From positions 29,326,001 to 29,390,000 of the forward strand of contig NC_087440.1 of NCBI RefSeq assembly GCF_036321535.1: DNA of 64,000 bases, in the 5' to 3' direction. Under the pieces are notes generated by a model. The model was not told the DNA's origin and searched no databases. It saw only the letters and a list, made by a program, of their open reading frames with translations. Positions within the stretch are counted from its first letter, which is position 1; the number at the start of each line of letters is the position of its first letter. The DNA comes from Camelus dromedarius (taxonomy: Eukaryota). The position numbers and the translations under genes were made by a program. Below are positions 12,091 through 25,536 of the stretch, in pieces.

Positions 12091-14877
12091 GTTTATTTAT
12101 TTTTGTTTCCTGAGTTTTCCATTTGATTGTTTCAGTTTTCCACCCTCTTAATCTTTATAAGACACTAAATTAAACAGTTACATTTTAGGTTTACGTGTGA
12201 AATTTTTAATGGCCATAAAAAGAAAGAATATCGATAAAAGTACAGTCATTAATATGTACACTAGGATGGATGTCTAGGTACTCTTGTGAAGAGTTCCTGA
12301 ATTGTGATTTATACCTAGTCCGTCCACAAAGGCATTTAACTTCAGATTTATAATTCTAGTGTATTACCAGAAGTGTTGCAATTAAATCTTTTAGTACTCT
12401 GCATTTACAAAAGTTCAGGAGGAACAAAAAGAATTTTGAGTCCTTATTATCCTGACAAAAGTCTGTCGAGATGAGTGCTATTTGAATGGGTTAACACATA
12501 CGTAATAACCATTAATTCCTCTAGATTTTAAAATTCTATTATTATATCCTATTCACATCATTAGAATATTTCAGATGTGAAATGTGTTAGTTTAGTTCTT
12601 TGTAAAAACCTTGCAAAACTATCATTTCACATTATATTCTTCACTTTTATAAAAGGTCAACACAATAAAAGCTTATACAAAGGACAGTTCTACATCTTTT
12701 GTAAAATTTTTCATGAAGAATTCTGTTCATTGCCTTTATAAAAAGGTTTATACAATGATTTTCTCTTAGTGAGGCGTGTAAGACACTAGCTTATTTCTCA
12801 TTATACATTAATAATGGGCTCTGTACATCTCACCCTACTTCTCCTGGAGGCTCAGAGCTACACTTTTAAAGTCAAATGCTGAATACATCAGTCATTCATA
12901 TATAATTGTGAAAACACTCCTCCTCCCCCCAATTATTCCAAAGGTTTTATTCTCTGGTCCTTGTTGAGAGGTCCTGAAAAATCTGTCACTGAAGGCTGTT
13001 CTAAAATCCTCTTGAAAGTAGTCAGCTTGTAACAATAAACTTGCAAGTGAATTAGATCTATGGCTTTTTAATCCCAAACCAAACTGATGGGAAAAAATGG
13101 CAAAAGCAGTAATAAATATTGTGGAATCAGGGGAATTATATAAATGCTAGGTTAATTGATTTATTTTCCTTTATATCAGTTGGTTTCTATACTGAATTAA
13201 GTGAGGATGGGAAATTGTGTTGGTGTTATATAAATATGGTCTGAATTATTGAGTGTGTAAATGAGCAAATGACTAAGGAAAGTAAGTTTACTAAAAATCA
13301 ATGAGTTTTACACTTAAAATGGGTGAATTTTATGGCAGGTATATTATATCTTAAAAAAGATTATATCTTAATAATTATATCATAATAAAAAATTATTTCT
13401 TAATTTAAAAAAGGGCTAAAGAAAGATTCCAAGCAGGCTTAACCTGGGAGAAACCCCAACTCTATTGTTCTTTAGGAAGCAATATCTTGAGCTGAAATTA
13501 ATTGGAGAGTAAGGTATGATTATTCTGAACCAGATCTTCCTTATCATTCAGTTAATCATAAGCATTCTAACAAATTATACTATAAGGATTTTTTTTCATT
13601 TTTTGAGAAAAAAAGTTTTTTCTTACTTTAAAATTATAAAAGTAAAAGTATATCCTCATTATAATTATAATACATAAAAAGCACAATTATAAAGAAGTAC
13701 ATTAATAATACACTACTCTCTGTCCCTGCTAACATGGTATCAGTCTACACTCTTTTCCCTCTCTTCTCCATATAAAGAATTTGTTGATTATATCCGTACA
13801 TCCAGCCTTTTGAAATATTTTATAAGTGAACTCTGTCAGAGTTCTATTATCTCTAGATTTGATAATTATTCTTATCCATGATATGGATGAAGAGCAAGTT
13901 TGAGGAAAGGGTCCTGTGGCCTCAACTAGAGGCTGTTCTTGATGACACAGATTAATGCTTTACATTAACATTTTATGTAATTGTGTAATGATTTTGATCA
14001 AATTTTTCTCAAAGACATTGCCTGAAAATATGACAAATGTCATTCTATAACTCACATATAGCACAATAATATCACTCCCCCCAAATTACTAAACAATACA
14101 TACAACTTGGGTTCACGATCTTGCAGCTGTCCTATATTTATACATCATCCCAGATAGGTTTTACACCCAGATCATGCTTTTTAGCCTAGAGGAATCTTTT
14201 CCCTTTTAACTTTGCCATCTAGGGATGAAATTTACTTCTTCTCTTGGCTTCAAGAGTGAGACATGTTGCTTCGTGTTTACATACATAGATATAGTCAACC
14301 GCAAAATACTTTTGCCAGATTTTGTTTTGTGTTTGTATGGGCAAATGGAAAGGGAGAAGAGAGACTTGATAATGTATATGCAGTTATCTTTATTTTACAT
14401 GATGGAATTATTTTTACATTAGGATTTGATTTATTTGATTAGTTTTGATGCTTAAAACCAGTTACCCATTGGGCAAAAATATTGGCAGGTAGAGAGAAAA
14501 TAATACCACTAAGAAAATCTTTATATTTTCAATTGTACTAAGGATTTTTGGTTCACATTCTGTACTTGACTAGTTCTATGTTTTTCCATGGGCAAAGTCT
14601 AGATAAGGCAGAAAAAAATGTTCCTACAACTGTCATCTATTCTGAAGTCCCCTAGAATATCTAACTGCCCTTAAGGAAATACAAAAGTCTGAAAAAGGGA
14701 AATACGCATGTTGGTATGGACTTGGTTTCAGCCTTACATGTGTTATGTTTTAGATTGTCTCTTACAACTTAAACATTATATTAAGATCACACTTAGCTGA
14801 TCACTTTCATGTGCCTGGTAGATGACAGCCACTTTCACTTACATCTCTTTCCCTTCTATATAGATTCAGAACAAAAT

Positions 14878-15825
14878 ATGAAACCTGAGATAATGTACCT
14901 GCAGAATTATTCCTTGGTGTCAGAATTTGTGTTGCATGGACTCTGCACTTCAAAACATCTCCAAATTTTTTTCTTTATATTCTTCTCTGGGATCTTTGTG
15001 GCCACTGTGCTGGGTAATCTCATCATTGTGGTCACTGTAATTTCTGATCCCCACTTGCTCTCCTCCCCTATGTACTTCCTGCTGGGGAATCTCTCTTTCC
15101 TGGACATATGGTTTGCCTCATTTGCCACCCCCAAGATGATCAGGGACTTCCTTAGTGATCGAAAGCTCATCTCATTTGGAGGCTGTATGGCTCAGATCTT
15201 CTTCTTGCACTTTATTGGTGGTGCTGAGATGGTACTTCTGGTTTCCATGGCCTATGACAGATATGTGGCCATATGCAAACCTTTGCATTACATGACTATG
15301 ATGAACCGGCAGACTTGCATCGGGCTGGTGTTGGTTTCCTGGGTAATTGGATTTGTACACTCCATCAGTCAAGTAGCCTTTACTGTAAATTTACCTTACT
15401 GCAGCCCCAATGAGGTGGACAGCTTCTTCTGTGACCTTCCTCTCGTGATCAAGCTTGCCTGCATGGACACCTACGTCTTGGGTATACTTATGATCTCAGA
15501 CAGTGGGTTGCTTTCCATGAGCTGTTTTCTGCTCCTCCTGATCTCCTACACTGCTATCCTCATCACTGTCCGACAGCACGCTCCTGGTGGGGCGTCCAAA
15601 GCACTCTCAACTTGCTCTGCACACATCATGGTAGTCACACTCTTCTTTGGGCCCTGCATTTTCATTTATGTGTGGCCTTTTAGTCGGTTCTCTGTGGACA
15701 AGCTCCTCTCTGTGTTTTACACGATTTTTACTCCACTCCTGAACCCCCTTATCTACACATTGAGAAATAAGGAGATGAAAATATCTATGAAGAAACTGAG
15801 GAACCAACGTGTGACTTTTCACTGA
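14878..15825 (+). CDS. OR4K14: Olfactory receptor 4K14, intact (start at ATG 14878 or the homologous ATG 14893)
   Basis: QNYSLVSEFVLHGLCTS, SSPMYFLLGNL, MAYDRYVAICKPLHY, KALSTCSAH, NPLIYTLRN match recalled human OR4K14. Acceptor ...cccttctatatag| ends at 14863, so the ORF-track ATG at 14809 is probably intronic. Confidence 0.93.
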   Translation: MKPEIMYLQNYSLVSEFVLHGLCTSKHLQIFFFIFFSGIFVATVLGNLIIVVTVISDPHLLSSPMYFLLGNLSFLDIWFASFATPKMIRDFLSDRKLISFGGCMAQIFFLHFIGGAEMVLLVSMAYDRYVAICKPLHYMTMMNRQTCIGLVLVSWVIGFVHSISQVAFTVNLPYCSPNEVDSFFCDLPLVIKLACMDTYVLGILMISDSGLLSMSCFLLLLISYTAILITVRQHAPGGASKALSTCSAHIMVVTLFFGPCIFIYVWPFSRFSVDKLLSVFYTIFTPLLNPLIYTLRNKEMKISMKKLRNQRVTFH

Positions 15826-17247
15826 ATTCCAGCTTTCCTGAGAGCTATATGTTCTTAGTCATTCAGTCATATCATTTCTTTAATAGATTCTACTCAAAAA
15901 CTTCATTCAGACATTGTATTGATAGAATTTGTATTGTATTACAGAGAAACAGTTATCGATTTCAACAAAACTTATACGTAATTTTATGTATAATGCTTAT
16001 ATATAATACATACACATATTTTAAAGTACAGTTACTCACACCTCATACTATGTATATTTACTCAACCCCACATGTACACACATAACACTTTGGAATGAAC
16101 TCTACAATTTTTTTTCTTTTTTTAAAGCCAGATTTCTCTTAAGTTTATTTTGTCTAAACACTGATTTAAAATGAAATTTTATTTCCTAATCATAGTCCAA
16201 CACAGCAAGGGCTGTCAGTTCATAAGTATTGAAGACATGAGACATTTGGCACAGGGAAGCTATCTTGAAGGTAAATAAAGCCCTGTGAGTCTTTGTCCTG
16301 GTTTTGAAATCCTGAGATTTAAAAAACAAACAAACAAAAAACCCAAAAAAGCACTGTGATTTCAAGATCCTATTGATTTAAAAAGTCTTGTGACTGTGTA
16401 TTATATTTAAACTTTTTATTTAAAAAAATGAATGCTTATCAGTGATATTCAATTACAGAAGTTAATTTTAACATGGGAAAATCAGTATTTTATAGCTACA
16501 TATTTTATGGTATGCACATAAGCTATGGAGTTACCATTGAATATGCATTGGATTATTAAATTAATAACTTTTCACTTGCAGTAGATTTTTAAATAAACAC
16601 TGCATCTTACTGAGTTGATTCTGTCCCCTGAGGAGTCATCTATTAGGAGGTGTTTGTTGGGATACCATAGAGTCAGATCTCATGCCAAGTTTTGAAATTG
16701 ATCCTAAAAGACAATCATAAGCAAGAGTTAAATTTGATATTAACTAAATTAATGGTTAGAGAATTCAAGCAATTTTCTTGTAAGTTGATTCTGAGATATC
16801 AAACCAAAGGAGAAGATTGGGTAATAACTGAGTTACTTGAGTAACTGAATAAAATTTCCAGTAATTTTGGATATTGTCTTCAATCAGGAGAAGCATGCTC
16901 CTGGGTACTTCTGACTTCTCTTATGACTACAATCCTATAGATGTGCATAAACACAGAGAGAACATAGAAGGAAAACAACTTCTGCTTTGAATAATTTTCC
17001 CTACAGTCACCTTGCTTGCTGTTGTGATAATACTGTGTTTTGATTTTTATAGATTTTGGACATAGTTTTTATGATTATACTCATATATATGAACATTAAA
17101 AGTGCTTAAAAATCAGTACCTGTCAGGATTAATTACCTTAGTTTTTATTGATGTAATGCTGATTTTTTTACTTTATGGATTTTGGACATAGCTATTTTTA
17201 ATCATCAAATATATAACTAATACTATTTATGTATTTTTTCTATTAAT

Positions 17248-17445
17248 AAATATTTGTCAAGTACCTTTTATATTTCAGATTCCATGCACTGAGCTAGGAG
17301 TGAAGATACAGTGTTTAAAGACACACATTCTCAGTTTAGTGGAATAAAGTCAATTATACAATTAAAATATACAGTGAAATGAGTGCCGTGCTAGGAAAAA
17401 ACATGATATACTGAGAGCACATGAGAAGGAAACCCAATCCAGTTT
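17248..17445 (-). mobile_element. L2 3' fragment
   Basis: aaatatttgtcaagtacc...gcactgagctaggagtgaagatacagtg...gagagcacatgagaaggaaacccaatccag. Confidence 0.65.
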
Positions 17446-19079
17446 TGATGTTTAGTAAAGACTTCCCTTATTATTTCAATTTTTCTCTTATTTCCTAAGA
17501 TTCTGGTTTCTATTCTTTTACTAAATACACATACACACACATACACATGGTGCATTTATTTTAGCATACAGCCTGTCATACAGTAAGTGCCCAAATATAT
17601 GCTAGATCCCATAAGATGTTTCTGACTTTTTAGAACTCTCCAATGACTCATGTCCCATCCACAGTCTCTGCTCAGCATTCCATGTTGCTCTGGCCAGATC
17701 CATGAAGATGAATATGGACCACTGTATTATCAGTCTAAGTGCAGACATCCCTGGGTTTAGATGTCTGAACGTAAGCATGGCTGCTTGATGTGTTAGTGAA
17801 ACTAGAGTGAAAGGAATCACCAAGTCTGTCTTCTATGGGCTTTTGCAGGAAACTTGCCATTGTCAGTTCATAGGAAGTCATAGATTCCAAATAGAGGAAC
17901 TTCCTGGAATTTTGAGGAAGAATTTATAAAACTCATTTTCCTACTTTGAAATAAGATTAACTACATAATACAGTGTTTCTAAAAGTGTTATTTGAAGGCT
18001 ACCTCTGATAAAATCACCTGGGATGATTTTAAAAGTGCATATAATATGATTAAATCATGGCCTTACTGAATTTGAATTGTAGCTACCAATCCTAGAAATA
18101 CGCTTTTTTACTATAAGCTACCTCAAGTAATTTTAGTTCACAATCACGAATGAGAACCACTGAATAATTCTTGACATTATCAATCCTCAGGAGTAGTTGC
18201 TATTAAGGAATGGTTGGAAGGATTTTCTTATGAGAGAAGTCTCAACTAATGGACTAGGAAATGTTCTCAGAAATATATCACTAGGATATATTAATCAAGA
18301 ATTTATGACCTCAAAAAATGCATTGTTTTGATCAGAAGACCAAGTCACTGAGAACTTTCTGTGAAGTTGAAGACATCTTAAATATTCCTTCTTGTCTATA
18401 ACTGCAATCATTAATATCCACTGCTTCCTCTTCTGACACTCTATATCAATTTTAGTATGAATATTAAAATAACATTTAAATCAAATTATTCTAAGTAATC
18501 TTATAATGTAAATCATTTCTAAATGTTAAATTCTCAAAGGAGACTCCCACATTCAAGGATTTCCATTTTAAGTAAAATTCCATTTCTATATATGGGGAAA
18601 TTATTTTTTTCATTTCTATCTCTTCCTCCTTGATCTAAGATACACTTTGATAAAGAGAGGGTTATGGAGATTTCGGTAGAAAGAAAGATATCCCCAACCA
18701 TTGGCTTTCCTGGCGTTGGCTTCTTCCATCAGGAGGGACTTGAGGATCTTGCCCAAGGAAGTGTCTCATGTCTGCTGCTCTAAGGGTCTATTCAACGAAC
18801 ACTTTACCCCTGGTTTCCAATATCTAGAATCTGACTTTCTGGGAATAAAATTCTTGTGTTATATAATATTGATATTACATCTGCTTTCAATGAAACATTA
18901 AATATGAAGGGTTCTCACTTCTCCCTGTATTAAGTCCAGACCATTTCCATTTATTGAAATCATGTCTATACTCTTCCTATCAAGGTATTTTGAAAATGAA
19001 TTTGGAGATTGTAAAAGAATTATTTCTCTATGCATCTCTCTTTTCTTTGATACTCTGTCTTGTAAAGTTAGCTGCCTTG

Positions 19080-19350
19080 GTCTCACCAGATTCCCAACCT
19101 CACCTCCTCAACTGAGGATGTTTATCCAGCTCTCCCTGGATTTCCCTTCTTTGTGCTGCAGCCTGGAAACTCCCTCACAGCAAAAAGCTGGGAAGTTGTA
19201 GGACTCAGTTTTTTTTCCTGTCTCTCAGGGACCATCATTGTTCTTCACTGACTGATTTCCAGAGGTCTGAGAATTGTTATTTCATGTATTTTATATTTTT
19301 AAATTATTTCAGATAGAAAAGTAAATTCAGTTCTTGTTATTCCATCTTAA
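19080..19350 (-). mobile_element. Ancient L1M-type fragment
   Basis: tgtgctgcagcctggaaactcc...aagctggg...tctctcagggaccatc...gtaaattcagttcttgttattccatctt resembles old L1M sequence. Confidence 0.6.
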
Positions 19351-20129
19351 GCAGAAGCAGAAGGCACGGTCTGTGTAATTGATATAAAATTTCTTTTCCT
19401 AAAAATAAGACTTGACAGGAGATAAAATGAGTTTAAGATTATAGAAATGCTGATGACTGTGCTGGGTAAAAATGAGAGTTTCATTGTGACAAGTTTGAAA
19501 GGAGAGCAAGAAAACTCGAAGGTGAATTTACAATTTTGCTCAATTATAAACTGAAAGCATTGACTCTTAAATAGTAGAGAGTAGTTCTAATGCCAAATTC
19601 TGAGACATATCAGCAAAATAATTTCTATTCTGTCAAATGATATTTTGCAGGCATTAGGATAATAATATATTTTCTTCATTAATTTAGTAATATAATATTA
19701 CACTGAAAAATTTTGTAAATTTGAACTATCTTTGGATTAGAAAGGCTAAGATAAATTCCACTTGATTAAAGAACACTTAAATAGAATATTGGCTCGAGCT
19801 TTTAAAAGTGTTACCTTTTTTTGTATAAGTTACAGTTAGTGAGATTGGTTTATAACTATACCATTCTTTTTTCCATTTGGCATTAAATTTATAGTAGCCC
19901 TATAAAATAAGTTTGGGAAGTTTCTTTTCTGAAACACTTCTACATAGGGAGAGAAATATATTTTCTAGAAAATTTAGCAAGATCACCCATAAAGCTTTAA
20001 CAGCCTGGTACATTGTAGGAGGGATAGTATTGCTACCAAAATTCTATTTCTTTTGGCTAATTTTTATTTTAATTTGTCCAGAAGCTTATTTTAATACTAT
20101 TCAAATAAATAATGTTTCATTTGTCATTT

Positions 20130-21780
20130 CTACAATTTACAGATAAACATTTTTATTGAAGAATTACATACATTCAAAGGACTGTACAAATAATAATTGC
20201 ATAGCTCAACAAAATTTCACAAAATGGACACACCTGTATAACAGGCACCCAGACTGAGAAACATTGCCTGTACATCAGAAGCTCCCTCACTCCCCCTTAC
20301 ATTCTCTACCCACTAAGGGTAACTACAATCAGGGCTTTTAATGCATACATTATTTTTTTTCTTTCTTGAACTTATAGAAATGAGATTATACAGTATGTAC
20401 TTGTGCCACAATGACATCTCTAAATGACAGTTTGTGTCATCTGTAAGTGACAATTTTGTCTCTTTGTTTCTAATTTTTATGGCTTTTAATTTTTTTCCTT
20501 GTCTGAGTGCAGAGATAGGACCTCTAGCAAAATATTATATATAAATGGTAATATTGGGAATTCTTGACTCATTTCCTATCTCATGGGAAAAGCTTTCAAA
20601 AATTCACATAAAGTATGATGTTTTCAGTAGATCTTTATTGATATCCTCTTTAAGATTAAGGAATTCCTGCTAGTCTTAGTTTTCTACGGAGTTTTATCTT
20701 GAGTAGGTGATGAATTTTATCCAATAAACTTTCTACAATTGTGAATTGAATAACAACTATTTTTATTTTTATTTAATCTTTTGTTTTTGATGCTATTCCA
20801 TGCATCATAGTTTTAATAATTTCCTTTTAATGGCATTTTTAATTTTTGCATTGCCAGTGTATAGAAATACAATGGACTTTAAAAAATGTCTCATTTCTCA
20901 TGTTCATTTATCTGAGGTAAATGTCCAGGAATGCTATTTCTAGGACACATGGTAATTATGTCTTTAGTTTTTTTTAAAAAAACTGTCAAATTATTTTGCA
21001 GAGTTGTTGTACCATTTTACATTTCCATCATAAGCTGTGAGAGATACAGTTTCTCTGCCTCCTCACCAGCATTTAGTACAATATAGTATTTGTCTTTCTC
21101 TGTCTAATTTCACTTAGCATAATGCCCTCAAGGTCCATCCATGTTATTACAAATAGCAAGATTTTTTATTTCTCATGAAAAGTAATATTCCATTGCATGT
21201 GTGTTTATATATATATATTTATATACATGCAATATATATATGTGTGTATATATGTATATATATCTTCTTTATCCTGTCATCTGTTGACAGACCTTTAGGC
21301 TGTTTCCATATAATTCAGACTGTTTATTTTCTGCTCTTGAGTTGTATANNNNNNNNNNNNNNNNNNNNNNNNNNNNNNNNNNNNNNNNNNNNNNNNNNNN
21401 NNNNNNNNNNNNNNNNNNNNNNNNNNNNNNNNNNNNNNNNNNNNNNNNNNNNNNNNNNNNNNNNNNNNNNNNNNNNNNNNNNNNNNNNNNNNNNNNNNNN
21501 NNNNNNNNNNNNNNNNNNNNNNNNNNNTCCAAAAACTGATGCTAACATCAATGTCAAGGAACTTTTTCCTTATGTTTTCTTCTAGGATTCTTATGGATTC
21601 AGGTATTACATTTAAGTCTTTAATTCACTTTGAATTAATTTGTGTGAGTGGGTAAGACAGAGATCCAATATTATTCTTCTGCATGTGGTTGTCCAGTTTT
21701 CCCAACACCATTTATTGAAGAGACTCTATTTTTCCCCACTGAGTATTCTTGACATCCTTCTCAAGTATTACTTGACTCTA
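20130..21780 (-). mobile_element. Stack of antisense L1 fragments (ORF2 and 3' end), with an N gap
   Basis: gggaaaagctttc...aagtatgatg...aagattaaggaattcc; tttcacttagcataatgccctcaaggtccatccatgtt; ttctgcatgtggttgtccagttttcccaacaccatttattgaagagac. Confidence 0.85.
21349..21527. other. Assembly gap (179 N) inside L1
   Basis: Run of N. Confidence 0.99.
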
Positions 21781-21953
21781 ATTCATCTAATTGATATCCC
21801 TTTAAATATATTGTGAGAGTAAGAAACACATATAAATTCCTTACTCAAATTATTACAGACATCTAGATAGAATAAACCAAAGTTGAGAAGAAAATAAAAC
21901 CTTTGGCAAAGTGGAGAAAAAAATTGGTGCAGATTTGGAAAGGGTAGTTTATA

Positions 21954-21967
21954 CCACTAGGTGGTAG
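21954..21967 (+). promoter_or_regulatory. CTCF-like motif
   Basis: CCACTAGGTGGTAG, 13/14 match to CCASYAGRKGGCRS. Confidence 0.3.
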
Positions 21968-22257
21968 CAAATTACATTGACAAAATGGATAGACTAAAAT
22001 TTGATCAAGTAAGTGGATAGAATGGAAGAACACAATTGATAGAAAACACATTTGCTTAAGAGGAGAAAAGGAAGCAGAAGACAGAACAATTTAGTGTGAA
22101 CGGAGTTTTTCTGAGTTTAATGTAAAGCCATAAGTAGAGTATTATGGTTATGTTTGAAACAAAACCAAGCGGCTGAGCTACCATCTTCTAACCCATTCAT
22201 GAAAAAGTAATTATTTTAACCTCAGATTCTCTGCGTGCAAAAACTCACTTCAACTTC

Positions 22258-23199
22258 TTACGTCTCCTGCTTTTTCCAAGTAAGTCCACTCTTATCCCAC
22301 AGCTTTCTCATGGCTGACTTGACCTCCTTGTTCCGAAGTGTGTAGATAAGTGGATTCAGCATGGGGGTAATAACATTGTAGAGTACAGACACCATCTTGT
22401 CCACAGAAAAAGTGGAGAAGGGACGAGCATAGATGAAAATACAGGGTCCAAAAAAGAGGGTTACCACCATGAGGTGAGAGCCACAGGTGGAGAGTGCCTT
22501 TAGCCTTCCCTCCTTGGATCGAATCTTGACCAGGATTGTGGTGTAGGAAGAAACCAACACTACAAAGGAGCTGGTGGAGATCAACCCGCTGTTAGATACC
22601 ATTAGCAATTCAATGACAAATGTGTCTGCACAGGCAAGTTTGATAACAGGAGGAACATCACAAAAGAAATTGTCCACCTGGTTTGGCCCACAAAAGGGCA
22701 GACGGATAGTGAGAATCGTCTGGACAGTAGAGTGCACAAATCCGCCCATCCAGGAAGCAGCTACCAACACACAGCATAATCCTCGACTCATGATGGTGGT
22801 ATAGTGCAGGGGGCGACAAATTGCAACATAACGATCGTAGGCCATCACTGTGAGCAGGAACATCTCAGCTGCTCCTACAAAATGCAGGAAGAAGAGCTGC
22901 ACAATGCATAGGTCATAGGGAATGAGCTTTTCGTTATCAAGAAAGTCAGCCAGAAGCTTAGGGGTAGTTACTGTTGAATAACATAGGTCCAAGAAAGAGA
23001 GGTTGCCAAGAAGGAAATACATGGGTGATGAATTCAGATAGTTGTCAGAGGCCACTGTGACCATGATAAGGACATTGCCTACCCAAGTGGACACATAGAA
23101 GAGAAGAAATAGTACAAATAGCCCTGCTTCAATAGATGGTGTCTGTGAGAAGCCTGCCAGGACAAATTCTCTCACTACTTCTGTTTGGTTTTCATCCAT
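22258..23199 (-). CDS. OR4Q2: Olfactory receptor 4Q2, intact, 313 aa (MDENQTE...WKKQET)
   Basis: FSQTPSIEAGLFVLF, YLNSSPMYFLL, MAYDRYVAICRPLHY, KIRSKEGR and the terminal LTWKKQET match recalled human OR4Q2. The ORF-track GTG at 23214 is the first base after acceptor ...ttccttcacttag|. Confidence 0.93.
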   Translation of the reverse strand: MDENQTEVVREFVLAGFSQTPSIEAGLFVLFLLFYVSTWVGNVLIMVTVASDNYLNSSPMYFLLGNLSFLDLCYSTVTTPKLLADFLDNEKLIPYDLCIVQLFFLHFVGAAEMFLLTVMAYDRYVAICRPLHYTTIMSRGLCCVLVAASWMGGFVHSTVQTILTIRLPFCGPNQVDNFFCDVPPVIKLACADTFVIELLMVSNSGLISTSSFVVLVSSYTTILVKIRSKEGRLKALSTCGSHLMVVTLFFGPCIFIYARPFSTFSVDKMVSVLYNVITPMLNPLIYTLRNKEVKSAMRKLWDKSGLTWKKQET

Positions 23200-23839
23200 T
23201 TGATGAGACTCCACCTAAGTGAAGGAAATTAAACAAAAGGCATTAGTAACATTAAAAATAAATGAGATATTTCACTCAGAATGTAAGAATATTCTTACTT
23301 CAAAAGGGATCTTTTTCTCTAGGATACATCTTGATTGATTAGCCAAAAGAAATTATTTTCTCCTTAGATGATATGAATATATATTCTCCAACAACTCTAG
23401 TTTTGAGACAATGAAGTAACCAAGAGTTTCTGAATAATAAAATCACTCACTACTGAACCTTTAACTTCAACTTGATGCATCTCTCTTCCATCAGTCAGTA
23501 TTTTCCTCCCCCTTTTTTACATTTAATCTCAAGACATACATTAAATTTCCCTGAGATACTATTTTTTTAATATAAAATCTTTAGGAAAAAATAACATTGA
23601 AGTTAGAATTTAAGATTCCAGTGAACAGGCATTACAGTCTGTAGAGGTTTTATTTGGGATAGGAAATCATCACACTGCATAGATGGTTAGGCTGCTGTAA
23701 TAACCGTATGCCCTTCTCTATCAAGATAACTCTTCAGGCTCTACCCTGTGAAAATGGCCAGAGAAAGGATTACATTCCACTTTGGGCTTGTTGCTAGTTC
23801 ATTACCTAAGTAATGATTCTTACCTAAGTTTGCTGAATG

Positions 23840-23901
23840 CTGTCCAGCTTATTATTGTTATAATACATTTCTGTCCAGCCTATTATGTCTATAATACGTT
23901 T
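23840..23901. repeat. 31-bp diverged tandem duplication (2 copies)
   Basis: ctgtccagcttattattgttataatacattt / ctgtccagcctattatgtctataatacgttt. Confidence 0.8.
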
Positions 23902-25154
23902 CTCATCTTAAGTAACAGCTGTGGACATATGGGCACAGATTATGGTTTTACTGATCTAAATAGAACCATAATGGTTATTCAGACATTAGGCTGACTCTCT
24001 CTTTTGACTCCTGTCAAATTGGGTAAAGAGACATTATTTCTCTAAGATAACAGAATTAGCAATCCAGGGAGTGTGTTTGTATGTATGTGTGTATTTTATC
24101 CATTCATATGAGCAGTGGCTAAAAGATGCTACTGCATGCGATGAAATGAGTGAGAGTCCACTGAGGCCTGTGGGTGCTCATGACTGCTGCTACTGACACA
24201 AATTCTACAGTCTTAACCACACACACAGCAATATTTTGAAGATTTAAGGCATGATAATTTCAAGTTTAGATATTGGTGGATTTTCCTTACCTTATCATAG
24301 TTTGTACCCCTTTTAAATCTGTGAACTGAATATCTTCATTTAGGCTTATAACAAGAATAAAAATTTTGAAAAAGATAATTTTAAACCAAATAAAATTTAG
24401 TTTAAATAAGACAATAAAAATTTACATACCTCTGAATGAAGGAAATTATATAAATAGAAATATATTAATTATATTCTAACAATGGAAAATATCAAGGAAT
24501 AATATGAAGAAAACCTTCAGATTTAAATATTATTCTGTTAAAATGATGTTTGTTAAAAGATACATTAACATGAGAAAATAGTAACAAGAGCATGAAGAAA
24601 TGCTTTCAGTGTAATAGACTAAGTCTTCTGTCTATAAAGTGTAGATTCTCAGGTCTTGCAGTCACAGATATCTGGCACATCAACACTACAGAACCATCCT
24701 AGACACTATGAAAGCAAGAAGATAAATAAATTAGATGGAACCCCCTGGTTACACTAACCATCATTAGGAAATTTTGATGTTTAGGGATTTAGGGATTCAG
24801 ATACTCACAGTCAAATTGCAAAGGGGATCATTAAAAATTTTTAATCATAACCTTTTGTGAAATTATGGAATACAAAAACGTGTGTTGGGGTAACAGTGGA
24901 TGGGTTATACTGAGAGGTGAGTGTTCCCAGGACTGAGGTTGATGGGAAGAAATACGAAACATTATGGAAACTTTGGCTGCACGTGTCTTGCCAAAAACAG
25001 TACATGGTTGCATTGTTTTCTCCCTATAGAATGCCTTCTCTAGTCAGAATTTTCCACTTTAGATTTTATATTATTTTATTTTTCCAAATTATAGAAATAT
25101 GTAAGGAAAGAATAAAAATCTTACCCTTTCTTTCATTGCCACCTCTACACCACT

Positions 25155-25226
25155 AGGGGAGGGGAGAAGAGAGAGAGGGGAATAGAGAGAGAAAGAGAAG
25201 AAAGAAGAGAGAAAGAGAGACAGAGA
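25155..25226. repeat. GA-rich polypurine tract
   Basis: About 70 bp of almost pure A/G. Confidence 0.85.
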
Positions 25227-25536
25227 TTCATCCATGGGTATACTTTCATGTACTGTATGCAGCTTTAATTCTTTTTTAACTAATACATAATACTTGTAAA
25301 ACTTGGGTATACTAGAGTGAAATAAATATTCCATTGATGAACATATAGATCATCTATTATTTTATAGCTATTATTAATGGCACTACAATGAATAATTTTA
25401 AATTTTTGAATTTTGAATTTTGATCATAATTTTTTAGATATTTACTGAGTATTTGGAAAGAATAGAGGTCTGAGAGTGAGATTTCTGAGACAAATGTTGA
25501 CAGATTTTTTTTCCTCCCATGAACAAAATACATGGC

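Noticed and set aside
14809-14877. 23-aa N-terminal extension of OR4K14
   Set aside because: It overlaps a polypyrimidine tract and the AG at 14862-14863, so it is probably intronic.
18640-18870. Moderately GC-rich patch with a short minus-strand peptide (LGKILKSLLMEEANARKANGWGYL)
   Set aside because: About 40 codons, preceded by a stop, and no recognisable family.
19218-19232. Good O/E-like site TCTCAGGGA
   Set aside because: It lies in an old L1M-like fragment and 3' of both neighbouring genes.
23200-23214. GTG start and MESHQ extension of OR4Q2
   Set aside because: GTG is the first exon base after the acceptor; the homologous ATG is at 23199.
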